Assembly: GCA_029953675.1 (NCBI GenBank)
Contig: JAMWBK010000003.1
Span: forward strand, 2,046,001 to 2,110,000
DNA length: 64,000 bases
Direction of reading: 5' to 3'
Source of the DNA: Rhodosorus marinus CCMP1338
Lineage: Eukaryota; Plantae; Rhodophyta
Below the pieces are notes generated by a model. That model was given only the letters and a program-made list of their open reading frames with translations, was not told where the DNA came from and did no database searches. Below are positions 37,321-48,567 of this stretch, piece after piece; within the stretch, counting starts at the first letter, position 1; the number at the start of each line of letters is the position of its first letter. The position numbers and the translations under genes were made by a program.

Positions 37321-40300
37321 GTCAAAGTCACACTTCAGTTTCTATTGTATTTCACCTCAATGCGATATTGCGATCTTCTCTGTGCTTGTGCAACATAAAG
37401 AAGCGGCATTTCCAATCATTCCATTTCATTGGTTTCGCTAAGAAACATCGGGCTGACGCAACTACAGTACTCCCCGCTATCGTATACACTGTATAAAGAC
37501 AAATCAATTCAATCACCTTTCGATCACCGAATTTCCGCCTGCGTAGTTCCCACAATACCAGTAGAAGTAGAAGCCAACCAGCGCTAGGCCTAAAACAAAG
37601 ACCAAAAAAGTCTTAAACGGACTTCTTTTGGGGAGTAGCTGTATTTCCCTAGCCCCAACCCCTAGGGAGGGAACAATCTCGAGAAACCACTCAAAATAAA
37701 AATTATTTCAGAGTTCTTGCAGTAAATCATCATATCAAAGCCTACCCTTATAGCATATCGCAATGGTCGCAGTGATCTAAAACTTGTTCTTTTGTTCTTG
37801 GTTTGGATCACTTCTGAAATCTTTGCAAATCAGCAGAAAAAAATCTCCTCGCCTATGAGATCCGATATTGATTGCGAGGACACGTGGGGTTGTTTAATTG
37901 CACTTTACCAAGGATTCAGCTCACAAATGACTGAATAGTAATTAATATTATTTTTTCTCAAATTCGAACTCTCAAATTAAATTTTCACGAAATAATTAGC
38001 TCGTCTTCTGATATTGTATTTGTAAACAAATTTCAGGATATAATGAACGACATGGAATGCGGTCGGTGTTGCATGGGCGTCAACCCATGCAACATTTAGT
38101 CATGGTCAGTACAGTTTAGCCCGAACAGGCGGTTTGCCTTTGAGCACACTCTTCAGTACGTATTATTCATTGGGAAGTGTTCATCCGAATGTTCAGTTTC
38201 TCATAATATGCGTCAAAACAGACAAATCTCGGAAATCGTGGAGGAATGTGAGACAAAGAGCACAGGAAAATTGATTGCCCCCCAGCAGCGTTGAGGACCT
38301 CCGTCAAGCGTTGCACGTAAATTCGATAGTGCTCTCGAAACAGCGTGCGGGAAAAATTGAATTTTCCTGGGGGCTGAGCGGCTCTTTTGGACAATTGGAC
38401 GTCGAAGATTACAGTTTAGCTTACAATCTTTTCTATGGAGAGTGAATTAGGCTTTGATTCCTGTCGAATTACGTTGGCGTCGGTTGGGGGGCTGTTGCCA
38501 CCTCTACGATGCATTTGTACGTATCTCTAATTTAGCTACCCTTGTCTCCAAGGTTTAGTGGTTCGAATTTTTGGGTGGCGTTAGAACTGGAGTGGCCAGT
38601 GCGCCAACCAGTTGAAAGAATGTACTGCGCGGTCCACGTGTTTGATGCGGGCGAGGGCGATGGATTGATAATGTTGCCAAAGTTTGGTTTACAGTTTCCT
38701 TTTCCCAACGACTTGGAGGGAACTCAGTGAGTGAACCCAATTTTGGAATGAGCCCAGCGGGTGCCGTGCGAGGCGTTGGTGAAGGCGCAACGAAAAACTC
38801 TGGCATGTGGGAATCCTAACACAGCACCTTCCGCCTGAAGGAAAACGAGCACTGGTAGTTCTGCAACGCTAGCCTCGCGGGCTCGATGGGGCAATGGGGT
38901 ATCATAGAGTAAGGCCGCCAGAGGTGTATTCTATGCTTTCGTTCTTCAACGATTGGTCCCTGAGCCATGTAGACTGTGCTTTTCAGGAGCTGTGGGATGA
39001 TTGTTTGAGCTCAGCCTCGTTATGGAACAGCCGGGGAATTTCTATCAATGCCTTTGAACACCGTCTTAATTGCACATCTGAGCTGACGACCAAGTGGCCT
39101 TTAGTCGGCACTAGGTAACGCCAAAATTGGACGATTAATTGGATCCTTCTCAACCACGTGTTGTACCAACGGTGTGTTGTGTTGCTACTCCGAGCGGCGT
39201 TTACACACAATCCTCCTAGTATTGAAGGACAATGGATAGGGACACATAGCACAGAGAAGAGGCTGGAAATTCTCTTGCCGCGTACTCAGTCATTGACGTT
39301 CTGCTCCCTCGGACAAGGTCCTCCCGTGAACGCTCTTGGCACGGGGGTACGGCTTGGAGATCATAAACTGTGCTCAATATTGATGCAGCGTGAATCATTC
39401 ATTGTGTATACGGGACTTCACGAGACTATCTCCCTGCCCCGGTTGACTAGGAGCAGTACGCATAATTCTCTAGCCGCTTACAATTACAATGTCTCAAAAA
39501 ACAATGCCGAATGCAGAACAAGGGGTTGCTTCGATCTTCCGAGGTTTGAAAGCCAATGTACAAATGCTCGGCCGGAGAAGCTTGCGGCATTGCGCAAATG
39601 CAAATCGCTGTTTTCGCATGATAGACCATTCGTATGGAAGACGTCAGGTGTGATCCTAGACGGAGTCGAAAACGTAGGGGCGCGAGGCTTCGACTCCATT
39701 CCTTAACACCAACAGGGTACAAGGAGGAAACAGCATAGCCTGGTATGCGCGGGAGAATCGGATCGTTTCTTCCGACCTCTGATCAGTATCCTCGAGTTCA
39801 CTTTATCGACCATTTCAACGGTCTCCCAAGACTCGTCAGCTGATTCCAGAAATACTGAGAACACTCTGGGTGCTATACAAACCGCGTAAACTTCTCAAAA
39901 TTCTCCTCCGAACCAAACAAGCTGCACATCATGGCCGTAGCCATTTCCGAGGAACACGTAGACGCAAGCATGCATTCCAGACGCTCTGCCAAGGTTCCCG
40001 CAGATCTGAGCGCTCCTGTGCTCCTCAGTTCCACATGACTCATTTTTAATCACACATCGGGAGAGGGAAAAGCTGATCTCATCACGAATTCAACTCCCAC
40101 CCGGCAGCTCGGCTAGGCAGCATCCACTGGAGTCCACAGGAATCTCAAAGAACTTTTTTTTGTGGTGTTTGTCTCGAGGTTCGATTCGCGTGATAGTTCA
40201 TGATGATTAGAGCGCACTAATGAGTGGACTGTCGCAACTACGATCATCGTCACTACCTCCCACCGACCCTCGCCCAACCGATACCCACCCTGCAGCAGCC

Positions 40301-40552
40301 GGGCCACATACCCGAACTCACCCCACACTAAGGTTCTCCATTCTCCGAAAACAAACAAAAAACAGAACAAACCTTGCGTAGAAATTAGGATTTAGATCGT
40401 ATACAATACTGGAATTAGTTTCGTACGAGCGTCTCTAGAATGGTTATATGCGTCTATAATTTATTTAAAAACCTGATAATGCGTCCATTCCAAACAAACA
40501 GGAGGGGGTGATTTCACCATGAATTCTTAAATTCAAATACAGTGTACTATAG

Positions 40553-40754
40553 TATAGTATTGTAGATACAATGGGTAGGGCAAAATTTACAACCTTTGCC
40601 ATAGGACTCTCACGAATTCTCGCTCCACTTCCGGAAAGACTCCCAAAAGGTGGTCTTCAGGCCCCCTGCAACAAAACCTCGTCAAGTCTGATATCACTTG
40701 TACTCAGAATTCGTTACTTTACTCTTCTTCTACCTTCCAAAGTTCGCCCTAGAG
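40553..40754. repeat. Dispersed repeat, copy 1 (paired with 52871-53060)
   Basis: Core 40638-40754 aligns with 52951-53060 in the same orientation (GACTCCCAA...TCTGATAT...TTGTAC.CAGAATTCGTT.CT.TACTC...CTAGAG); weaker similarity extends about 85 bp left. Confidence 0.75.
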
Positions 40755-41563
40755 ATCGTCTCATATACTAATTGCCACTAACACGCTTAACCCAAGTCAG
40801 GGCCGTCGAGTGTATGATCAAACCGACCGTCGACTCGATTCTACCCCTAGCGATCCCAAGGGCAAGCGCAAGATCCCAACAGTTGCTTGCTTTTCCCATC
40901 AGGTTTGCCCGGACTGTTTCTTTCTAAAACACATTGATATATCGGATTCGGTCGCTGGCTGTTGGATCCGAGACGCAAAGTGTGCGGAACCGTGACTGTA
41001 GTGGCAAGCACAGGCAGTGCCGCTAAAGCGAACGCTAGGACAAGTAGGGAATGTAAGGAGCCCGCCTCAACGAGGTAGTAACTAGATTGTAGGGGCTTAA
41101 GCATGTGCTCGCACTCGATTCGTCATTGAAGACGAATCGCGGGCCATCGCATTGACCGATCACTGGGCGTTCCGCGCCAGAGCTTGCGGTTGATTCTTGC
41201 CCTCACCAAACCCGAAGCCTCACTTTTGCGATTGAGAGGTTTGTAGCTTACGCAAGAAAAGTCCGCTGTCGGTTTCCTAAACCGCCCAAATGCCTCCACA
41301 GGAAAATGGACAAAGATGAAATCATTGTGATTGCCCAGAGCACCTCGAAAATGGGCCAGCTTCTTAGATTCAGCTCAGACACTCGTGTGACTCGATGAAC
41401 TGGCTGTGCACCCATGAGGTGGTTTCACCTCGCTATGCAGAACTGTTAAGGGCTACATGGATCTACTAACCGTGGCCCCGATCGACCGAAGTTTGAGTTT
41501 GTCGGTTGGGAGAAAAGCGGGATAGAGGGCACCCCGAGGAAAATCGATCGCATCGCCACCTCG

Positions 41564-41608
41564 ATGGATATTCTGAGCACCAATTGTACTGGTGCTCAGA
41601 ATAGCCAT
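41564..41608. other. Short strong inverted repeat (hairpin)
   Basis: TATTCTGAGCACCA (41569-41582) / TGGTGCTCAGAATA (41590-41603): 14 bp perfect stem, 7 nt loop, extended by ATGG/CCAT after one mismatch. Confidence 0.8.
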
Positions 41609-42092
41609 ATTTCTACTTGTTTTTTCGACGCGCGTTGGTAGTCGGCCGTTTTCAATCTTATAGCGACGAGCGTGCAACCCGTAGATAAGTGCCCGCAATC
41701 GTGTCTCCTCACAGCTTCATCAACTGAAATTATCTCTTCCGTTTCTGTTCAAGGATCTAGCAAAACAGCCATCAATCCATCATCCCTTCCCTCGGCTTAC
41801 GCTTCATGACCGCTGCAATCTTATTCTAAATTCGAAGTGGGCTCCAGCACCGCTGTCTCGTCTCTCCTCGCACCTTAACGAGAGGATGATAGATGGCTGT
41901 TTCGCTTGGGATTTGAAAGAAACTGGAAGTGAATTCAAATTCTCTTCTCCAATTTCGTTCAAAAACCAAGCAAGACCACCATCCATCCCAGCTTCCCCTC
42001 TCCCTCTGCCACTGGGTGTGCTCTTGACTAGAGACTGGATCGCCATTTCTTTAGTGCACTATATGAAATGCTGTCACTGGACTCCGGTTAGT

Positions 42093-42980
42093 GTCCGATA
42101 AAAGCTTATCAGACATGTAATTAAGTAATAATTAGAACGTATGACTACTCAGGTGCGACACAAGTTTATCGGACCTGAATAAAAAAATAAGAACATATGC
42201 GCCCCTCCCGCAGCGGTCCGATAGCGACCCATTGTCGTCCGATATTATTCAATCAACGACAAATATTGATTGAGGTTCAATCTTCTTCTTGCCGGACATC
42301 GACAAAGTCTCTTCGCTTGTCCTCATCTGGCTACACCTACCTGCAGCCTACCGCCGTAGGGGTGCCGCCGTGAATACTATGCGGAGGCATGAGTCATTGT
42401 ACACGGATACGCTTACCAACGCTGAGGCTCTTTGCAATGTGCGCTGTTTTTTTTATCGGTTTTGCCCAATTTTGGTATGGAGGGTCTTTAGATTCTTGGA
42501 GAGCGCTGGGGGAGCTTGGCTTAGGAGAGTTCTCCGCGACAGAGCCGATGCTCTTTCCCGAGTGTGTGTTTTCTTTGGGTCTGAATCTCTGGTGCTGTGC
42601 TGCTGCCCTGGTTTTTTGGAAGCGCGCTCTCTACTCCCTTCCCTAGAGTACATCATTCGGGGACCCTCAGCATCCGATTGAACCAACACCTGCCTATCAT
42701 TGCCGACCCCCATTTTCGAGGATTCTGAACAACCATCCCGCTAGAAAGCCTGAACTAAAAAGTAATCCTAATTCAATATACAGAGTGACAGCTTGTCATA
42801 CCAAAACATAATTAATATTCAATATTGTCCGATCCCGAGAATCAGACAAATAATCAGACTTGTTTTGAATAAATTAAGCCCCATATACGCAACTTTTATA
42901 ATTTCAATTCAATATTATATCCTCGAAATATTTATCGGACGCGTCCGATAAATGTTTTCGGACAGTCTATGACAACCCTA
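42093..42980. mobile_element. Non-autonomous DNA transposon (MITE-like, hAT-like), copy E2, inverted relative to E1, with extra internal DNA
   Basis: Terminus ATGACAACCCTA (42969-42980); 24 bp perfect palindrome ATTTATCGGACGCGTCCGATAAAT (42930-42953); repeated GTCCGATA/TATCGGAC; left arm aligns to the reverse complement of the E1 right arm. The outermost left terminus is not recognisable. Confidence 0.65.
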
Positions 42981-43388
42981 ACCCGGTGTGGAATAGAGTA
43001 CATCTTAGAATTTATAATATTTAAATCAAATCAATCAATGGGGCGAAAATAGGCAGATGTCAAGCACAATATCTCCATTTTCGGAAGAAGTAGGTAAAGG
43101 GAAGGAGAATATATTAGCATTGACAGTACATGATATGGAAGCAGTGTAGGAATGGGGAAGGGAGGTGATTCTTGGAGGTGCCGAGGATTGAATGTACTGG
43201 ACTTTAAGTTTGATGAAGGTGGAAGAGTTTCATTGTGGGTCTGGAAAAAAGTTTGTGGAAGCTACGTTTCGAGTACATGGGTTTTGATCAGGTTTTGGGT
43301 GGGGTGTGGTCGTTGTATAGAAGGTGTTGCGAGTAGACTCTTTTTTTGTGTTTTTTGAGGTGTTTTTTGTTTTTTTCTGTTGGTGAGG

Positions 43389-44795
43389 ATGGCTGCTGTG
43401 GAGGTGAGTAGGCAGGAAGGGAAGGAGGAGGGAGAATCTAAAGCTGAGGTTCAAGAGGTGAGCGAGCTTGGGGTTCAGGAGCATGTGATGGCTGAGGCGA
43501 AGTTGTTACGAGACGATGAGGTCATGGCCAGGAAGTTGGCCAAAAATATTGGGATTGGGTTTTCGCAATTGGACGATGAGATTCCCGTTATTCCGCCCGA
43601 GGTTCTTGCAGAGACTGGTTTGCTCACCCATGAGGAGGTTGCTGACGTGCGAACGCAGGATATTGGGGCGACGCTGAAGAGGGTGTTCAAACATAGAAAA
43701 ACGTATTCAGGGCACAAGAAACGCCATTTTTCGTCAAGATTAGACTTCTACCGTTCCGGTAATTACGGACACGGATGGGACTGCGGTAAGACACTCTGGC
43801 TTCTTTTTTGCGTCGGTGAGAGGACGGCTCATATTGAGATTCCACCTTGTTACTTCGCGTTTCATTGAACAGGATACAAAAACCTGCAAATGATGTTCTC
43901 CAGTCTCCTCGCAAACCCACAGATGGCAAAGCACCTGAAACAGTTCGGCATCCACGAGGTTCCTACGGTATGCGAAATTTATTCTCCTCTACAAATTTTG
44001 TCGTTGATTCAGCTGCAGTGTTCAGCGCAATGAACGAGTCAGCGTATAGGAATAGTTCGCTGAGGACAGTGACAAGAATTCTGTCGTTACAAGTGGTTCT
44101 TTCTCTGTCAATCCCGTTTGCGAACGTACGCTGGATGCGAGCTCATGCAAAGCAGCAGTGCTGAAGGATTGCCGTTAATTTCGTGTTTTTTTCAGGTTCC
44201 AGAGTTGCAAGGAAGAATCGAGACTGCCTGGAAGGAAGGATTTGATGAGGAAGGACAACAGGAGCTGCAACATCTCCTCGATGAGACAAAATGGATAGGA
44301 CCGATGGAAGTTTGCGCGCTGCTTCGTTCGCTGCACATTCGCAGTAACATACGAGACTTCTCGAACACGGTTGAGAACAGGCGACTTGGTATCGACAAGC
44401 TCATGAGCTGGGTTACGGAGTACTATGGGACGAGATGCGCTCAAGGCAAGATTGCGGGCCTGATCAAAGGACCGGGAATGTGCCCAAACTGCTCAGGAGT
44501 GCAGAAATCGAAGTCCTTCATTCCACCGATCTTCATGCAACATCCTGGCCACTCCCGGACTATAGTTGGCGTGGACGTGTTTTCGAACGCGTTGAACACG
44601 AGAGTATTCGTCCTTGACCCTAGCTTGAAGTTTGGGGAAACGTTGAAGCGAGTGAACCTGGAAGAAGTGCTCTTGGGAAGAGGTTCTCCCAACCTGGGCC
44701 ACCTTTCCTACCAGATTGTCTACATAGAAACGAATCCGTTCTTTAAGGACGAGCAGCATTGGGAGCAGAGCAAGTCTGTCGTAAAAGCCTGTTGA
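43389..44795 (+). CDS. ZUP1: Peptidase C78 family deubiquitinase, ZUP1/ZUFSP (Mug105)-like; 3 exons
   Basis: Spliced GWDCG|YKNLQMMFSSLL (catalytic Cys); IETAWKEGFDEEG; KWIGPMEV; PPIFMQHPGHSRTIVG (His); VFVLDPS (Asp). Introns ~43788-43873 and ~43968-44195. Confidence 0.9.
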
Positions 44796-45436
44796 CCGAG
44801 ACAGGTCCAACTTCGTCACAGGGAGGCTGAAGAAGAGGCTGCTCGATGTGGCTGTCAATTAGGCCCACGCTCGAAAACGGCCTGACATAGTGATCCGCGC
44901 CGATTGACATAGTCAGGCGTATCCCACCCGATGCGTACTGACTTCAAATTTGTGTACTAACAAGATGGAAGACCGAGGATCGGTGTCGGTTCTGTACAGG
45001 AAACTAAACGTATTATTACACTTTCGGAAGAGAATTCCCTTGTCGACTGTTGTTGTGCAATCATCAAGGACCAAACCGTGGAGAGGTCAATGCATTGAGT
45101 AGGGAATGATCCCACGTCAAGTAGTCATTGTCCATTCTCTTCCGACCGAAGTACGTTCCACGACTCCTCTGATCGGTATCACTCATCGAGCCTCGAGAAT
45201 TGGGCTCTGGGTAGCTTGTTAAGTCAGAAACATATGGACCAAACCTGGAGAGCCTGAGGGTGAGTCCCAGTGAGCACAGTCCACAACCATCATATCCCAC
45301 TAGTGAATGAAGAACCCGAGTCCAAGCTGCAGCCCAGCGTTCCGCCTTTCCCGCTACTCGATCAGTTCAGCGCCCAACATACCGCTTATAGCCACATGCA
45401 TGAAATCCAAGCGATGGCCTTTATTCATATCCTCTT

Positions 45437-46516
45437 TCAGTTAGTATTGTTCTCATCCAAGTCTAGCTCTTCTACCCACTTATCCCACAATTCCTTTCGC
45501 CTATCAGCCGTCTCTGCATCGTCTGCATTCCACTCACAGCCTGGAACAGTCTCGCAGAGTCGCCTGGATTTCTCCATCGCAATATCATACAGCTCGAGGT
45601 CTTCCGTTTCCAACTTCATTAGCCTATCATACATCTTTGGAAAACTCTCCTGGTGAGCTGTTTCGTGATCATAAGACCCGATTCTTTCTACGCCAACGTC
45701 TTCGACCCCGTCCCATCCGAAGAAGTGCTTCGCCATATGGGCGGTCTCAAATGGTCGCTCACCAATGGGCAAGACAACATCGATTCTCCTCATCATGTTC
45801 TCAACCGCGGCTCGCAGGTTCCATGGCTTCGGGGAGAGATGCTTCAGGTAAAATCTACCAATGATGAATCTGATATGATCGCAGGTATTCTGCTCACAGA
45901 TTTCACCGCAGTTACCGCCCAGCATGTCGAGAAAGAAGTCGTCTAAGGATTGCTCGTCTGTGCACTTCAAAAACGACTTCCTGAAGAAGAGGTGCGAGAA
46001 CGCCCTCTCAACAGGATGTCTAATGGTTATGGCGTGGAAGTATCCTTCCCAAATATCTTCATTGGTCAGTACCCCATACAGGTCTGGATCACCAAAAGAG
46101 TGTATCGGGTAGGAGGGCTCGAAGGCGATCAGACCCCTCCCAGAAGTCTTTCGTAGAAGTTTGATACCCTCTGCGTCTACAGGGCCCTTGAAGCCTTGGT
46201 AGCCCCTAGTTGTTGGTTTCATATGAACCTTCAATTCAGGGTCGTCGTTGTACATCTTCTCTTCTTTCCCACTCATCTTACAGTTCAGCCCAAAGCTGAA
46301 CCCAAACTTCTCCAAATGCCAGCTTTCAAACTCGTACGACTTGGACAGAACACAAATCGCAGTTCCTCCAGTTTTCATGGGATGCCATAACAGTATTGGT
46401 CGTCCAGATCTCTCCCGAGTGGGAACTTCATAACCATACGCACCTCCGATATTATATACCACCACAAACCAAGCCAGCATTCCCAAACAGGATCTCACCA
46501 CCATGTTTGCTTTCAT
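45437..46516 (-). CDS. Golgi-type carbohydrate sulfotransferase (Sulfotransfer_2 / CHST-HS2ST-like), type II membrane, intronless
   Basis: N-terminal hydrophobic anchor (CLGMLAWFVVVYNIGG); 5'-PSB WHPMKTGGT; 3'-PB ITIRHPVERAFSHL; C-terminal ETEDLELYDIA. Confidence 0.85.
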   Translation of the reverse strand: MKANMVVRSCLGMLAWFVVVYNIGGAYGYEVPTRERSGRPILLWHPMKTGGTAICVLSKSYEFESWHLEKFGFSFGLNCKMSGKEEKMYNDDPELKVHMKPTTRGYQGFKGPVDAEGIKLLRKTSGRGLIAFEPSYPIHSFGDPDLYGVLTNEDIWEGYFHAITIRHPVERAFSHLFFRKSFLKCTDEQSLDDFFLDMLGGNCGEICEQNTCDHIRFIIGRFYLKHLSPKPWNLRAAVENMMRRIDVVLPIGERPFETAHMAKHFFGWDGVEDVGVERIGSYDHETAHQESFPKMYDRLMKLETEDLELYDIAMEKSRRLCETVPGCEWNADDAETADRRKELWDKWVEELDLDENNTN

Positions 46517-48567
46517 CCCCTTCCAGCTTTCTCTTCACCCAAAACGTCCCCCCCCCCCCCCTCGGGCCTCCCGCCCCCTAACTCATTCTAGTCCGAATTC
46601 CACATCCTCCGCGGATTTCGCTGCTCCAACTTTGTCTTATAAATTTCGCAAAAAAATTGGCGTCTCCCATCAGCCGCGATTCCTTAACACTGTCTTCTCC
46701 CTCCCCCCTCGCACCAGCACTTACATCTCCTTTATGAGCCGGGCCAATCTTCCCAACTCCAGGGGGTCTCCCAGTTCGGCCCGAGCGGAGCACCCAAAAT
46801 TAATTGAAAAGTGTTGAATTTGGACTGTCGAGAAGTGGGCCAGCTTGTTCGTTAGCATTGGCTCTTTTTTTCTTTTTTTTTGGTTGTTGACGAGGATTTT
46901 ATAATGAAAATTGAGGGTTTTTGGGGCCATGTGCGGGAACACTGTCCGTAATATTGGTTTGTGAGATTTGTTGATATTTTTAGACTGCCACTTTGTTAGG
47001 CGCAGTTTCGGAGGAGATGGGCATGCAGGGTTGTTTTGGGGAACATGGAAATTGTGATTATGGTGTCACTACTTCCCTTCCATGCTGTGGCTATATCTTG
47101 TGGACAGGTCTATGGCACCACTCGCAATAGTCCCAAATCATTGATTCCCTGTCCTCTTCGCGTTTTACTGCTCAGCGACTTTTGAGGCACTCGCCAGGGA
47201 TTTCAAATGAAACGACAACCTCGTCCAAAATAGACGATAGCAGATAACAGGTGAAGAAGCCGCTTCTTTATGTCCGCCTGAGAGGATTTTAGGGGTAGAC
47301 TTAGAGTTGGTTCGTTGGGATCCAGTCACCTTCTGTGATGAATCCAGAAGCTCTATGACTTTGTTCCCACTTCCACTTGACTACTGAACGATTTTAGTGC
47401 GTTGTAAAGTGCCGAGGTGGGGATAGCTTTGATGTTAGGGCAATGTGCACGCGGAAGAACGCATTCAGTTTGAAGAAGCTCCATTACCATGATAGATCTT
47501 CTTGGGTTCCCAATGGAGCTGTAGATAGGGGTCACTCCCTGTGGCTCCAGTTAGTCGCCCGCAGCAGTGTGCCAGTCTTGCACCTTCTATTGGATTCCAT
47601 CCGCATTTGAAAAAATTGAAAAATCAAAAAACTACTGTTTTCATCATGAAAGCCAATGAAAAGCTCGCTAATCGCAGCAACCAATCAATATCCACTAAAG
47701 GATTACGTCAGTGCATTGATTGCTTCATAATAATTGCACTAGGAAATTATTTCAATCAAAATTAAAATATTTCGTAAATACTTCATTCTCGGATTGGAAT
47801 AGTCCAATTACCATGCACTAGAAATGCACCAGCCAATTGTGTCTTGTCAAGTTGCTCTTGGCACAGTTTCCCTCGGCGCGAGAGGACACCCTGAACTCCG
47901 GCGCTGCCAGTGGCTGAATATGTTGCTTCGCATCACGTCTGCGAACAGAGACGGATTACAAAAATTGTTGATTACTGCCTTCAGCAGGGTTTCACATCTA
48001 ACAAACTCTCAAGTTTGTTGATGATACTCCAGACAATGTATTCCCAAAGCGAGGAATTGGCTATTAGGATTGCGCGGGCCGAGCCGGGCCGCCAGAACAG
48101 GCATCATTCCAATCCTTCAGGAAATGAGGAAATCAGCGAAACTGATTAATCCTGATACGATCTAAAGAATCGATCTAGGCCCTCATACATCGCATCAGCC
48201 CCCCAGCGCAAAACCGCAATGGAAATGACCATGGCCATTCCCTACACCCGCGTCAATCGACACGCCAAGTGAGCTAGTCAGTCTTCGACAGCGTCTGATT
48301 CAACTCAGTAGTGTCTAGTTTTGAACTTCTGCTCGAAACTGTCCTTTTTCTTTGTGGAGACTGATCAGTGACTGTTGATATATACCCGTCTTCTTCCTTG
48401 CTGACACTGACAATCGCGATGGATACAATGCCGTGCCGCCGGGAGTGTCGATTTGAGTGAAAATGGGGGAGTGGAGGACATTTGGAGCCAGGATGTTAAG
48501 CGGTGGAAGTGAGGAAGTTGAACGCTTGCCTGTGAGGTTTTAAGTTCTGCGTGAAGGAGGTGGAAGC

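Noticed and set aside
45064-45255. Two GGACCAAACC(G)TGGAGAG motifs downstream of the Sulfotransfer_2 gene
   Set aside because: Only two short copies; no array or spacer structure.
47044-47190. Signal-peptide-like short ORF with CPLRVLLLS faintly resembling the sulfotransferase N-terminus
   Set aside because: Similarity is too weak and no downstream sulfotransferase motifs appear.
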